Shown piece after piece: positions 51,336 through 64,000 of a DNA stretch of 64,000 nucleotides. Position numbers and translations under genes: made by a program. The DNA is from Cyanophora paradoxa CCMP329 (Eukaryota; Plantae; Glaucophyta), in assembly GCA_004431415.1 (NCBI GenBank), contig QPMI01000560.1, positions 124,001 to 188,000 on the forward strand, in the 5' to 3' direction. A model generated the notes under the pieces. It was not told the origin of the DNA. It did no database searches and saw only the letters and a list, made by a program, of their open reading frames with translations. Each line of letters begins with the position of its first letter. The first letter of the stretch is position 1.

Positions 51336-52988
51336 ATGATGAAGGTGCGCCGGCGCCGGGTCCTCTCCTGAGCTCCGGCCAGATCGGCGTTTTCCGAGCG
51401 CTCGCGCTTCAGGCGCTCATCTGCGAGAAGAAGGGCTCGCCCCTCGCGCACTTCAAGGTGTGTGCCGTCGGGTTGAGCTTCACGCTGCATTACGCGTGCA
51501 TTAAGCCCCTTCAGATTGCGGAGGTGGAGCGACCGGTGCCAGCGGACGACGAAGTGGTCATCCGCGTGAAGGCGGCCGGCCTGAACCCCGTGGACTTCAA
51601 GATGGCCCAGATCGGCTTCTATGTCTCTCACTGGTGCGCCGCCAGCCCCGGTGCGCGCGCGCGCCGGCGCAGACGTATGCGCGCGCCTGCGCTTGCCCCC
51701 GTCGACCCTGGCCCGGGCCGGCGGGCAGGCCGGTGGTGCTGGGGTGCGACGTGAGCGGCGTGGTGGAGGAAGTGGGCCCCGGCGTCCGGCGCTTCAAGAG
51801 GGGGGACGACGTGTACGCGTTCACGCCGCTCGGGGCGGGCCGCACGGGCGCCTTCGCCGAGCTCTGCGCCTGCCCCGAGGCCGGCGTCTGCGCCAAGCCG
51901 CCCGCCCTCTCCTTCGAGGAGGCCGCCGCGCTCCCCGTAGGGGCCCTCACCGCCGCACTCGGCATCTTCGAGGAGGTCCCCCTACCCCCATCCCCCTACC
52001 CGTCCCCGTTCTTCCCCCCCTAGGTCCAACTCACCGGCCGGCAGCTGGGCGTGCCGTACCCGCCGGCGGCGGGGGCGGCGCCCCGGGGGCAGGCGTTCCT
52101 GGTGTGGGGGGCGTCGGGGGCGGTGGGGAGCGCGGCGGTGCAGCTGGCGAAGCTCGCCGGCTTCCGCGTCGTCGGCGTCGCCTCCGCCCGCAACGAGCCC
52201 GTCCGCCCCGCAGGCGGCGCTCAGCCTCGGGTTTGGGGAACTCAAGGCGTGCGCAGAAGCTGAGGGCGCTGGGGGCAGACGCCGTCATCGACCGCTCCGA
52301 CCCCCACGCCGAGGCCACGGTCCGAGCTCCGCCGCCCGCTCGCAGGCGCCCCCGCCGCGCCGCCGACGCAGACGCGGGGGCAGATCCGGGAGGCGGCGGG
52401 GGCGCCCATCAGGCTCGCCTTCGACGCCGTTGGGCCCGAGGCGCGCCCCGCGCCCCGCGCCCCGCGCTTGGGCCGGGCCCGCCGCCCCGGGCCGGCCCGA
52501 GGTCGACCGGGGGCTCGAGCAGACGGCGGGGGCCGTGGCGCGGGTGCTTGCGGCCGGCGGCGGGGGCGCGATGGTGTGCGCCGCCGGGGGGCCCCAGCGC
52601 GCCCCCGCCGGCGTCACCGTCAAGAACGTGCGCCCTTTCCCCCTCCCCTCCCCGCGCCCTGCCCCGGGCCCCGCCCGAGGCCCCGGGCGGTGCAGGTGAT
52701 GCTGGGGGCGACGTGGGGGCCGGGGCGGGGCGGGCGGCGCTGGGGCGCCTGTGGGGCCTCGTGGGCCCCGCGGCGGCCGGCGGGGCGCTGAGGCCGCTGC
52801 CCGTGCACTCCGTGCGCGGCCTCGAGGCGGTCGTCGGCGGCCTGCGCCTCCTCCTCGAGGTCCGCCCCCGCCGCCCCGGGCGCCTGCGGCTGCGGCTGCG
52901 CGGGGGAGCGCTCACGCTGAACCCCGGGCCGGGGCCTCGCGTCCCGCAGGGCAAGGTCAGCGGCGAGAAGGTGGTGTGCACCCTCTAG
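51336..52988 (+). CDS. Medium-chain dehydrogenase/reductase, NADPH enoyl/quinone reductase-like (ToxD-like)
   Basis: Contains EVVIRVKAAGLNPVDFK, PVVLGCDVSGVVEEVG, LSFEEAAALP, LVWGASGAVGSAAVQLAKLAG and GKVSGEKVV. Confidence 0.92.
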
Positions 52989-53534
52989 GCGCCCCCGGGC
53001 CCGGGCCCGACGTCGACCGGCCCTCCATGGCCACCAAGGCCTAGGCCTATCCACGTGCACACCCTTGGCCTCCTTAACGTGTAATGTGTGCCTGCATTCG
53101 TTGTAATTGCATTCGTTGTCCTTGCGAAGTTGCATTAAATATTCGTTCCGGATCCACGCGGAGCATCGAATATAGCTCAAAGGGGGACGCTAGTAAGCCT
53201 TGAAGCCTAGCTTTAGGCGGATACACTGATACAGGCGCCCCTAGGCCCAGGATTGCGATCGAAGGGATTGTCGAAGGGACCATCGGACTCCGGTCCGCCG
53301 GGGCCAGGCCGGGATCCGATGATCACCGCTGAGCCGGCCGTGGCATCCGTGCAGGCCGTTGGACCGTTGCTAACTGGGGCCGGACCAGGGGCTGGCAGTG
53401 GCAAATTAGCCGCGGCCGGGCCGCGAATCATCGGCTCATGTGCATGGGCCAAGCCTAGGATCATGATCATCAAGCCTTGCCAAGTTGAAGACTAGCTCTA
53501 AGTGAGGTAGAATGCAGAGCTGGAAGGAGTGGGT

Positions 53535-56500
53535 CTAGAGGGAGATGAGGGAGGGGCTGGAGCCCCTGGCGGGCCCCCCCCGGCCCAGCGAGAGGCCGTC
53601 CTCGCCCTCGCCCTCGCCCTCCGCCCCCTCCTCCTCGCCCTCCTCGCCGTCCAGGGAGGCGGGGCCGGCGGGGGCGGGGCCGGCGGCCGGGGGCGGGCCG
53701 GGGGCGTCGGGGTCGAGGAGGCCGGAGCCGTGCGCGAGCTGCCGCCGCACGAGGCTCCGGTAGAGGCCCCCGGGCCGCCCCAGCAGCTCCTCGTGCCGCC
53801 CCTGCGCCAAGCGTAAGCTAAGCTTCAGCCACGCCAAGCTAAGCTCAGGAATGCGGGCCTGCTCGACGATGCGGCCGCCGGAGACGACGCAGACGAGGTC
53901 GGCGTCCTTGACGGTGGAGAGGCGGTGGGCGATGACGAGGACGGTGCGCCCCGCCATCAGCCGCTGCAGCGCCTCGTGCACCACGTGCTCGCTCTCCGCG
54001 TCCAGCGCCGACGTCGCCTCGTCGAGGAGGAGGATGCGCGGGTCCATCAGCAGCGCCCGCGCGATGGCGATGCGCTGCTTCTGCCCCCCGGAGAGGCGGA
54101 TGCCGCGCTCGCCGACGAGGGTCCCGTACTGCTCGGGGAAGTGCGTGATGAAGTCGTGCGCGTTCGCCTGCCGCGCCGCCTGCCGCGCCCCTCAGCCTCA
54201 GCCTCAGGAGAGCTCAGAGCTCAGGGCGGGAGGGGGCGCACGCGCTCCACGGCGGCCTGGTCGGCGCGGGCCTCGTCGTGAACGCCGTACCGTATGTTCT
54301 CCTCCACGCTCGCCGCGAACTGCAGAGGAAGGGAGGGAGTGAGGGGCGGAGCCGGGCGGGGCCGGGGCGGGGCGGGGCGGGGCGGACGAGGACGGGCTCC
54401 TGGGAGACGAGGGCGACGTGGCGGTGGAGCCAGCGGGGGTCGAGCTCGCGCAGGTCCACCCCGTCCACCGTGATCCGCCCCGCGCTCGCCTCGTAGAAGC
54501 GCTCCAGCAGGTTCACCACCGTCGTCTGTGCGTCTCGCCCCGTCAGCTCAGCTCCAGCGCCGCGCAGGGAGGAGGCGAGGGCGCCCACCTTGCCGCCCCC
54601 CGAGGGGCCCACCAGGGCGACGACCTGCCGGCGGGTGGGGCCGGTCAGGGGCCGGGGGCGGGAGGGGCAGGCGGGGGCGGGGGCGGGGCCGGGGGCGGGC
54701 CTGGCCGGGGCGGAGGTGGAGGGAGACGCCCGAGAGGACCTCGCGCTCGGGGCGGGCGGGGTACGCGAAGGCCACCCCCTCGAAGCGCACCTCCCCCGCG
54801 CACCCCGCCGGCTGCAGCCCGCCCTCGATGTTCACCGCCGGCTGCGCGCGGGTGAGATGAGATGAGGGACGGGGCGGGGCGGGGCGGGGCGGGGCGGGGC
54901 GGGGCGGGGCGCGGGCCTTGCGCTCGAGGAGCTCGAAGACGCGGGCGCCGGCGCCGGCGGCCTTCGCGAAGTCGGCGTAGATGCGCGAGATGCCCCCGAG
55001 CGCTGGCCCCGGCCCCTCAGAAGAGAAGAGGAGGCTGCGGGGCGGAGCGGGGCGGGGCGGGCGGGCGGGGGCGGGCGGGGCGCGCCGGTGCCGACGAAAA
55101 TCATGTAGAGGACGAAGGAGAGGAGCCGCCTGCGCGCGCGGGCGCGACGGCCGCGGCGAGGGGCGGAGGTCAGCGGCGGGGCCGCGGGCTCTCAGGCTCC
55201 CAAGCGGGCGGGCGGACCCCGGGGAGAGGAGGCCGTCGAGGGCGAGGCGGCCGCCGTAGAAGAGGACGAGCACGACCGCCACCGTCGACACCGCCGACAC
55301 GAAGCCTGAGGAGGGGGCGGGGGCGCTTCGGCGTGAGCGCGCGCGCGCTGGAGACGGAGGGAGGGCGGGCGGGCGAGCGCACAGTCGAAGGCGGCGTAGC
55401 CGACGGCGGTGCGCATTGCCATCCTGCGCGCGCCCCGTGAGCGCGGGCTGGGGCGGGAGAGGAGGAAGGGAAGCGGGCGGGCCTGTAGGCCTCGTCGACG
55501 CGGGCGGAGTAGCGCTCGAGCTCGCGCGCCTCCCGGCTGAACGAGCGCACCTGCGCCCCGCCCCGCCCCGCCCGCCCTCAGCCCCCGCGCAGGGGGGCCT
55601 TGCAGTGAAGGAAAAGGGGCGCGCGGTGCGGATGTTGCTGATGGCCTCCTCCGCGGCCACCGTCGCCAGCGCCAGCGCCTCTTGAACCTCTGCGGTCCCA
55701 GGGGGGGGTGGGGGGGGGCGGGGAGAGGGGCGAGGGGCGAGGGGGGCGAGGGGGCGCGCACGGCGGCCGACGGCCTTCATGAAGCGCCCGAAGCTACGCG
55801 CAGGAGGTCAGTGCTACTCTTAGACTGCATCCGAGCGGGAGAGTCACCTTACGGCGCCGATGGAGACGGCGGGGGTGACCGCCAGCATGAGCTGCGAGGC
55901 CGGGCTCAGCTGGGCGGGGGCCGCGGGCCGAGGGGCGGGTGGGGCACGAGGGTGAGGCGCCAGGAGATGGAGAGGAGGAGGACGAGGCCGGCGGCCGCCT
56001 GCCCCCGCACCCCCTCAGCGCCGCGCGGAGGGCGGGGCCGGGCGCCGGGGGCGGGCCTGGAGGGCGGAGCGGAGGAGCTGCGCGATGTTCTGCGTCACCG
56101 CGCTCTGGATGACCTGCCCGCGGCCCCGGTCAGAGGGGCCACGGGTGCTGGGCGGGGCCCCGGGGCGGGCGGGGCGGCGAGACGGGCCTGGCAGTCGCCG
56201 GAGAGGCGGTTGACGAGCTCGCCTGTGCGCGTCGTGTCGAAGAAGGCGACCTCCTGCGCCACCACCGCCCCGAAGAGCCGCCTGCGCGGCGCAGCTCAGC
56301 CGCCAAGGCTGGGCTTGGAGTGGCCGCGGGGGCGGGCTGGCGCGCTTGCGGAGGCGGGCGACGACGCGCTCCGACGCGAGGGAGAGGAGGTAGGAGCGGA
56401 AGAAGGAGGCCACCCCGCCCGCCAGCGCGATCCCCACCAGCGCCAGCATGGCGGCCCGCAGCTGCGCCAGCCCTGCCCCAAGCCTCGATGAGGGCGCACG

Positions 56501-57353
56501 GGGGCGGGGCGGGGCGGGGCGGGGCGGGCCGGCGTCGCGGGAGGGGCTGCTCCCGATCACGTCGATGATGCGCCCGATGAAGGCCGGCAGCGCCAGCGTC
56601 GAGCCGGCCGCTGCCGCCCGACCTCAGCGGCCGCGGCGGCAGCGGCGGGGGCGGGGGGGCGAGGCGGACAGGCGAGGGCGCAGAGGCAGCCGGCGGCGAT
56701 GACGTGCGCCTCGGGGCGCGCGAGGGCCGCCAGCTGGCCCGGCTTCAGCGGCTCCGCCTCCTTCTTCCCCTTCTCCTCCTCCGCGCCCCCGCCCACGGCC
56801 TCCGCGCGCGCCGCGCCCGGCCCCGTCTCCTCGTCCCCCGCCAGCGCGCTGTAGCCCGCCCCGGGGCGCCCGCCCGCCGCCGCCCGGTCCCCCGGTTCGT
56901 CGCTGCCGCGTGCAGCCTGCCGGCCGGGCCGCGGCCGGCGCCGGGTCGGGTTGGTGGGGCTCGAGACAGGCGAGGGGGGCCGCGGGGAGGGCGCACGCGA
57001 AGGCGACGGCCTGCAGAAGGACGAAGAGGGCACTGTAGGCGACGGCGGCGGCCGCAACGGCGCTGCCGCCGCCCCCCGCCGGCGCCGCGGCCGCCCCCTT
57101 GGCGCACAGGGCCGCACCGAAAACGGCGGCCACGGCGGCGACGTAGAGAATCTGGCGCCGGCTGTAGCGCTCGCGCACGGGCCAGACGGCCGGGAGGAAG
57201 CAGATGGCGCGAAGAAGTGCGAGTGCCAGGAGGTCCGCCGTCGACGACGAGAAGCTGTATACGCTCTGCCCCCCGCCGTCGCCCCTAAGCCCGGAGAACA
57301 AGCGGCGAGCACGGGCGGCGCACCGTATCCTCGTCCGAAGCGACGTAGAGCAT
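53535..57353 (-). CDS. ABCB half-transporter with an extra N-terminal membrane domain (ABCB9/TAPL- or ALS1-like)
   Basis: Walker A GPSGGGK|TT, Q-loop VSQEP, signature LSGGQKQR, Walker [12 protein letters not shown] and H-loop IAHRLST. Also [10 protein letters not shown] and [14 protein letters not shown]. The N-terminus reads [17 protein letters not shown]. Confidence 0.92.
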
Positions 57354-58154
57354 CGTAACGCTGCCGAGCGCGGGTCGAGATGTTAGCGCGCTGGCAAGCG
57401 CTTGCCCGGCGCTAGCGAGCCAATATCTCGGTAAACGCGATCCAACGAACTCCTTCTCGTGCAGCGTACGCATAGCGGTGCGCGTACGCGCCCGGGGATC
57501 GAGCGCGCGCGTCTAAGCGCGATCCGGGCTGCGCGACCTCGTCACGCTCACCCAACATAGTCCACGAATATAAGGGCGCGTAGAAAGCGCTGTCTTCGCG
57601 GCACCGGCTTGCTGGGCTTTTCGATTGCGCCGTCCAGCCTCGCGGACCGTTCCCGCAATCCACGCCCGCCCCCCCGCCCAACTCCCCTCCAGCCCATCGT
57701 GAGGGACGACCAGAGCTCGCTGAATGCGCTGCTCTCGATGCAACGCTTAAACGTGATGCGGGCTTGGAGCCGACAAGCTTGTGATGCTGTATCCCCCCGG
57801 CCTCGGGCAACCGACGCTCCAATTCGCGGCTGCCGGCGGCGGGCACCTGCAGCTGAGGCCTCGCATCGCCTTTTAGGCTACCGCAGTACTGCTTGAGCAT
57901 GGGATCCGGAGGCTCGCCTCAGATGCCGCTCACCGGCCGACAGCCCAAAGCCCCCTGCCCCCTATGCGCGCACGCCCGCCGCATGCGCATCCGCGACATC
58001 CCGTGGCCGTGAAGTTCAAAAGGGACCGAAGTTCTAATGAGACCGGCGGACACGGTCGCGAGGGGGCCAGAAACGCGCCCGAGGGCCGCGCCGGGGCCGC
58101 GCCGGGCGGGCGGGCAGGGCGGGGGCGGGGGGGCGGGGCGGGCGGCGCCGCCGG

Positions 58155-61100
58155 TCAGGCGAGGTTCGAGAGGTTGTGTGCGGCGTCGAACGAGCTGAAG
58201 CTCCCCTGCGCGAGAGCGAGAGCGTTGGCGGGGCGTCGGGGGCGGGGGCGGGGGCGGGGGCGGGGCGGGGCGGACGCGGGAGGAGGAGGAGCGGTTGCGG
58301 GCGAGGGCGGAGAGGAGCTCGTTGGTCTCCTCGTAGTTGTCGAGGAAGTACTTGGCGTGGCTCGGCTTGCGCCCGATCGTGATCGAGAACGAGGCGAGCT
58401 CCGACGGGTGCGGGTGCCCCGAGAGCGACGGGTAGCCCGACCCCGGCACGCCGAGCGCCGGCGAGTCGAGGCCCGAGGCGGCGGGGCCGCCGAGGGCGGG
58501 GGGCGGCAGGGCGGGGGCCGGCATGGCGCCGAAGGCGGGAGAGGCGGGGGTGTGCTGCGGGGAGCCGCCGGCGGAGGAGGTGGAGCGGGTGCGGCCGAGG
58601 TGGAGGCCCCAGTTGCAGCCGGGCGACTCGGCGTAGTTCTCGAGCGCGTTGAACATCTCCTCGTCCGAGCGGTCGTCCCCGATCACCAGCACGAAGTCCA
58701 CGCAGGGGATCCCCATGCTCCGGCTCTGCTCCGCCAGGTCCCCCAGGATGCGCTCCACGGTGGAGCCCTTGTTGCACATGCGCGGCTTCACCTCCACGAT
58801 CCCCTTGCCGTTGACGACCTGCACGGGGAAGGCCCCCAGCACGTTGTCCAGGTGGTCGTGCAGCTCCTTCGCCTGCATCGCGCCTGCCCCCGCCGATAAG
58901 GATCGAGAGAGAGAGAGAGGGGAGGGCGCTGGGCCGGGTCGGGGTACCGCACCGAAGTCGGGGTCGGCGTCGCGGAAGTGCCAGACGAGGGCGCACTCCT
59001 TGGCCTCGATGTAGGCCCCGTCCGTGCGCTCCGTGTAGCTCTGCAGCAGGTCCAGCGCAGCCTCCATCCAGCTCTGGTCCAGCGACGGCACCGAGAGCCG
59101 CCACCCCTCCGGCGCCTCGGGGCCGTACCGGTAGTAGATGCCGTGCTCGGCGGCGAGGCCGAGCTTGGGGACGGAGCCGAACCAGCGCTCGAGGATCTTG
59201 CGCTCGCGCCCCGCGACGATGAAGACGGTGTTGTGGGGGTCGTTGCAGAGGGCCTTGAGGCCGTTGAGGACGGCCTCCGAGGGGGCCTGCCGCGCCGTCT
59301 CGCGCCCGCCCGGCACCAGCGTGCCCTCGTAGTCGAGGACGATGAGGCGGCGCTTGGAGCGGCGGTAGGAGCGGACGATCTCGTCGAAGTCGGCCTTCTT
59401 GAAGCCGGTGCCGAACTCGAGGACGCGGAAGCCGGTGCCCAGGCCGAGCGACATGTAGGTGCTCTTGTCGGCCTTCTCGGCGGCCGCCTCGAGGTCGGCC
59501 AGGAACGAGTCGGCCCACGTCTGCGTCGTGTGCCGCGTCACGTACTCGTAGTCCTTGTCGTGCTTCACCTGCACGGGGGCCGGCGAGGGTGAGCGGCCGG
59601 CGGGGGCGGGAGAGGGGGCGAGGGGGCGGGCGGGCGGGCCTGGCGGTCGATGGGGGAGGCGGAGAGGGAGCGGTGGATGGCGGTGGCGACCTCCTCGGTG
59701 TTCCAGGGGTTGACGATGGAGGCGGCGGCGAGGCCGCGGCCGCAGCCGGTGAACTCGGAGACGACGAGGGTGCCGGAGCGGTCGCCGGAGCAGACGATGT
59801 ACTCGTAGGGGACGAGGTTGAGGCCGTCGCGGATGGAAGTGTTGACGACGACGTCGGCGACGCTGTAGAGCGCCACGCGCTCGTCGAAGGTCAGCGCCCG
59901 CTCGCTGAACTCCACGGGGCGGTACGTCCCCGTCGCGAACGCCGCGTCGATCTCCCCGATGAGCGCCCGGATCTCCTCCCGCAGCGCCGCCTGCTCCTCG
60001 TGCCGCGCGTTCTTCGGCAGGCCGATCTGCACCAGGTGCACGCGCCCGCGCAGCTGGGGGTACGACGTCAGGAGCTGCTTGAAGGCCATCAGCTTGAGAG
60101 GGATGCCCTTGAGCTTGTCCATGTCGTCGATGCCGAGGAGGACGGTGCGGCCGCGGTACCGCGCCGCCATCTGGTGCGCGCTCTCCCGCACCGCCGGCAC
60201 CTCCAGGCGCTGGATGAACCGATCCGGGTCGATCCCCACGTGCGACACGCGCACCTGCCCCGCGCCCCGCCGTCATCGGCCGGCGCTTCCGAGGGGCCGC
60301 GCGGAGGGGGGCGGCGGGCACCATGACGTGGCGCCCGTTGTACTCGACGCCGAGGAAGCCGCCGCGGCGGGACTCGAACTGGAGGCCGAGCATGCGGACG
60401 CAGCAGGAGAGGAAGTGACGGGCGAAGTCGAAGAGGTGGAAGCCGACGAGAGAGGCCGAGAGCATGCCGCGGAGGATGTCCTCGCGGATGGGCAGCGTGC
60501 GCAGCACCTCGGACGAGGGGAAGGGCGTGTGGAGGAAGATGCCGATCTTGGCGGCGTGCAGCCGGCGCCGGATGAGCGTCGGGAGCAGCAGCAGGTGGTA
60601 GTCGTGCACCCAGATCATGTCCCCCTCGTTGTACACCTGCCGTCGGCCCGCCGCGTCGGCGCCCGGCGCGGGGCGGGGCGGGGGCGGCCGATGGGGGCGG
60701 GCGGGGGCGCGGGGCGGGCACCTCGATGATGCTTTGGGCGAAGCGGTTGTTGACGGCGGAGTAGGCCTGCCAGAGGCGGCGGTCGAACTCCTTGGTCGTC
60801 GAGCCCGACGTGTCCAGGATGTTGTGGAAGAGCAGCCACATCTACCGGCCGCCCCCTCAGCCGCCCTGGCCGTGGGGCGCGGGCGGGCGGGCGGGCGGGG
60901 GGAGGGCGCGCCTGGGACTTGCAGAAGCCGTGGTAGTGGTCGTCGACGGACTCCTTCTCGAGGAAGACGGGCACGCAGCTGTGCTCGTCGAGCAGCTGCT
61001 TGGCGACGCGCTCGTGCTCGTCGGGGGGGACGTAGCACGAGGGCCAGCCGACCCAGAGGAGGCGCGTCTTCCCCTGCATGCTGCGCTTGAGGCCCTGCGA

Positions 61101-62036
61101 GGTCAGGTAGAGGGCGTCGTCGTCCCAGCGGAAGCTCCACGTCCCGTCCTCCGCCCGCGAGGGTATCACCGGCAGCCGGTACAGCACCACGATCACCGTC
61201 GTCGAGCGCGGCAGCGAGAAGGTCGCCTGCCGCGCCAGGTCCGCGTGGTGCGGGTGCGTCGCCAGCTTCGACCGCTGCGCCCCGCGCGCCAAAAGGAGCG
61301 CGTCGTTGAGAGCAGGTCGGCGAACCGGCGCGGCACCGCGGGCGGCGCGATGGGCGAGGGGCAGAAGGAGCGCACCTCGGTGAGGTTGATCGGCGTCGTC
61401 GCGCCCCTGTTCCCGGGCCCCGAGCCCATCGAGCCGAAGTTGCCGTCATCCTGGATGATGACTCCAGCCGTGGGATTGAGTGCTCGGTTCGCAGCCAGCA
61501 CCTCCCACCGGATCTCGGCCGACCCGCGCACAACGTACTTGTACTGCACCGGCAGATTCGGGGGGAGCTGGGCAGTCCCGCGCCATACGGGGTATCTGCG
61601 GTAACTAGGTCGAGGAAAGCAGCGCCCATGCCGGTGGCGGCAGAGCAAGGCCCCGCGCGCACAGAGCCGGACGCGTGCAGATCGCTGCCCGCGTCGCGGC
61701 CCGCAGCGCGGCGCAGCAAAGGGTAAAAGGATACGTTTCTGGCGTGGTCCTGAGAACGAGGCCCTGTGAAGGTTGCCACACGCCTGCGAGCGCGCATGGA
61801 TCAGCACATGGTGGGCGAAGCGGAAGGGGGTCTGGAGCGCCGATCCGGCACATAAAAGCATGTAAACACACACCGAGAGGCAAGCAATCGCCGACAACGA
61901 TCACGGAATCGGTCGGCTGCGTCTCAACCCGCACCAAGAAGGTCACCTCCGATATGGTGGGCCCGCGGGCTTCATCCGAGATAGTGAAGTTCGGCGGCTG
62001 CTGCCCAAGAATGGCTTTGGAATCGACGCGGCGCAT
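58155..62036 (-). CDS. TPS: CBM20 - trehalose-6-phosphate synthase - phosphatase fusion (class II-type TPS)
   Basis: CBM20 reads VTFLVRVET...VIVVGD...YPVW...QYKYVV...WE. TPS motifs are IWVHDYHL, IGIFLHTPFPSSE, GIDDMDKLKGI and RDGLNLVPYEY. HAD motifs are LDYEGTL, AEHG, VEVKP and IGDDRSDEEMF. Confidence 0.95.
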
Positions 62037-62247
62037 GGTGAAGTTGCTGACACCACGGCGACGATCGAGCGATCCGGCTTAGTCGCGGACGCGCATCCGC
62101 TGAACTCGGATAGCGTGCGCTGAACGTGAATCCCGGGTGATCTGGATGCAATCCCAAGCGGCCAGCGATCAGGGCGAACGTAGGATGTCGTACCCGGACC
62201 GCGCCATCCCCCCCTCCAAAACTCGCCCTCAGCCCGAAGGCCCCGCG

Positions 62248-63695
62248 ATGCTGGCGCTCCGCAGCATTGCTCGTGCCGCATCGGCGGCGCGGCTGGCGGC
62301 CCCCGCACACCCGCGCGCCGTAGTTGTCCAGCCGCGGCGCTGGTCGACGGCTCCACCCACGGGAACACCGCCGCCGTCGGGCGAGAGCGGTCCGTCCTCG
62401 TCGTCCGCACGTAAAGACGCCGTTGCGTCGAAGGTCCGGGCGATGTCGCCTGAGGAAGTGCTGGTTCGCCGATTCCGCCACGCCATACACGGTCAGCCCG
62501 TCAGCGCGGGCTCTGAGCGGCGCGCGCAGGTGCTCGACACGTACTCGCCGCGGGAGCTCCTCGAGCGCGGCAAGCGGATCATGGACGAGTTCAAGGCTCG
62601 CGGGGAGAAGCCGCCGCCGCAGGACGTGCTGTTCGAGCGGATGCTGCACGACATCATGCTGGAGCACAGGCGGAACCCCCGCGAGATCAAGTTGCCAAAG
62701 GGCATCCCGATGCCGGGCGAGATGCCGCCGTTGCCGGAGGGCCTGGAGACTCTGACCGCGGACACGCGGTTCGCGAAGGAGGTGGAGACGCGCCTGCAGA
62801 GGGCGCTGGACCTCGAGATGGCCGACATGGCCAAGCGGAAGCAGGCCGGCGGGGCCGTGCCCGCCTCGGGCCCCTCGGCGGGCGGCCCCGCCTCGGGCCC
62901 CTCTGCGGCCCCGCCCTCCGGAGAGGCCGGGGCCCTCGGGGCGGCGCCCCCGCCCGATCGCGAGCTCGACGAGGCTTTCGCGTGCGCCGCGCCGCCGCCC
63001 GCCCCCGCGCCGAGCCCCGCCCTCCGCCCGACCGCCCCCGCGCAGCAAGCAGATGACCAAGCTCCTCGACCAGTACGAGGAGCGCTTCCGGGCGCGTGCC
63101 GCCCCGCCTCGCCGGCCGCTGGCGCGTGCTCGTCTGAAGGGGCGGGGCGCAGAAGGTGAACCCGGAGCGGCCGGGGCTTGACAGGTGGCTCTCCACCCTC
63201 TTCTTCCTCTCCGTCTGCGGCTTCTTCCTCTACGACGGCCCGCCCCGCCGCCCCCGCGCCCGGGGCCCCGCCCCGATGCGGGCGCTGAGGCGGGGCGGGG
63301 CAGGCTTCGAGCGGTGGAGGAAGCACGAGCTGTGGAAGTGGCACGCGAACAACAGGATCAAGGAGCTCTCCGAGTACGCGGCCGGGGGGCAGGCGGCGGT
63401 GCGCGGCCCCTCCGCGTCGCCTTCTCGTCTCTTCCGGCCCCTGAGGCGGCGGGGGCGGGGGCAGAGGGAGGAGTTCCTGGCGGGGGCGCCGGCGCTGGCG
63501 CGGGCGCTGGCGGCCGAGCCCAGCGCGGAGCGCCAGGAGGCCATCCTCCGCGCCGCCATCGACCGCGCCTTCCCGCCCGCCCCCGCCCCCACCCCCATCC
63601 CCTCCCTCGACGCCTCTGCGCCCCCGTCTCCGCCCGCCCCGTCTCCGCCCGCCCCCGCCCCCTCGAGCGCTGCCCCCCCCGCCCGTGCGAGCTGA
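62248..63695 (+). CDS. Hypothetical single-TM protein with a mitochondrial presequence
   Basis: Starts MLALRSIARAASAARLAAP...RRWST and has a TM segment WLSTLFFLSVCGFFLY. Introns are consistent. Confidence 0.6.
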
Positions 63696-64000
63696 TTACG
63701 ACCGCGTCAGAGCCCCGTTGAATCCTAGATTTGAAGCCTGCGATGGGGTAGAGACCATCGGTTGGGAGGGGGGTAGGGGGCAGTTGAACTCGCCGCGAAG
63801 CTGCTCGCTGGACTTGAGTATAATCGAGTACGACGGCCCACACGAAGCACAGCGCACGCGGCCATTTCGAATTCCAGCTCCGCGCTCGAGCTCGCAGGCA
63901 GACTTCGGACTCGGCGCAGCTCGGCCTCTGCAGCAGCATTCGCCGAGTCGTACTTAAGCTGCCGCTTTCCCAGCTAGCTAAACCGCTCCCCGATGGATCT

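Overview
This is gene-dense, very GC-rich eukaryotic nuclear DNA, not prokaryotic. It carries about 20 multi-exon genes split by many short introns, so most of the long six-frame ORFs are artefacts. An alga is likely and a glaucophyte such as Cyanophora is plausible, but that is inference only. Recognisable genes are PI4K-alpha (5' part), an Alb1-like protein, a large protein ending in an AMSH-type JAMM deubiquitinase domain, MIC60, a chalcone-isomerase-fold protein, two LisH/polyQ paralogues, a NEK kinase, a UAP56-binding mRNA export adaptor, an R3H/G-patch protein, ANKZF1/Vms1, an NHL-repeat protein, mitochondrial uS15, NCAPG2, an MDR enoyl/quinone reductase, an ABCB half-transporter and a CBM20-TPS-TPP. 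Most are arranged in tight head-to-head pairs. Two signals stand out. (1) A recurrent 'inverted micro-triplication' signature, in which a 3-mer X becomes X-revcomp(X)-X. It can be read directly by comparing a duplicated exon fragment (22483-22791) with its parent (10865-11142), and it recurs throughout the intergenic DNA. (2) A CRISPR-like array inside one intron (14564-15228) that is really a tandem cluster of identical dual-guide box C/D snoRNAs (U61/SNORD61-like plus a second 18S guide). CDS spans run from first to last coding base including introns, and splice and start positions were read by eye.
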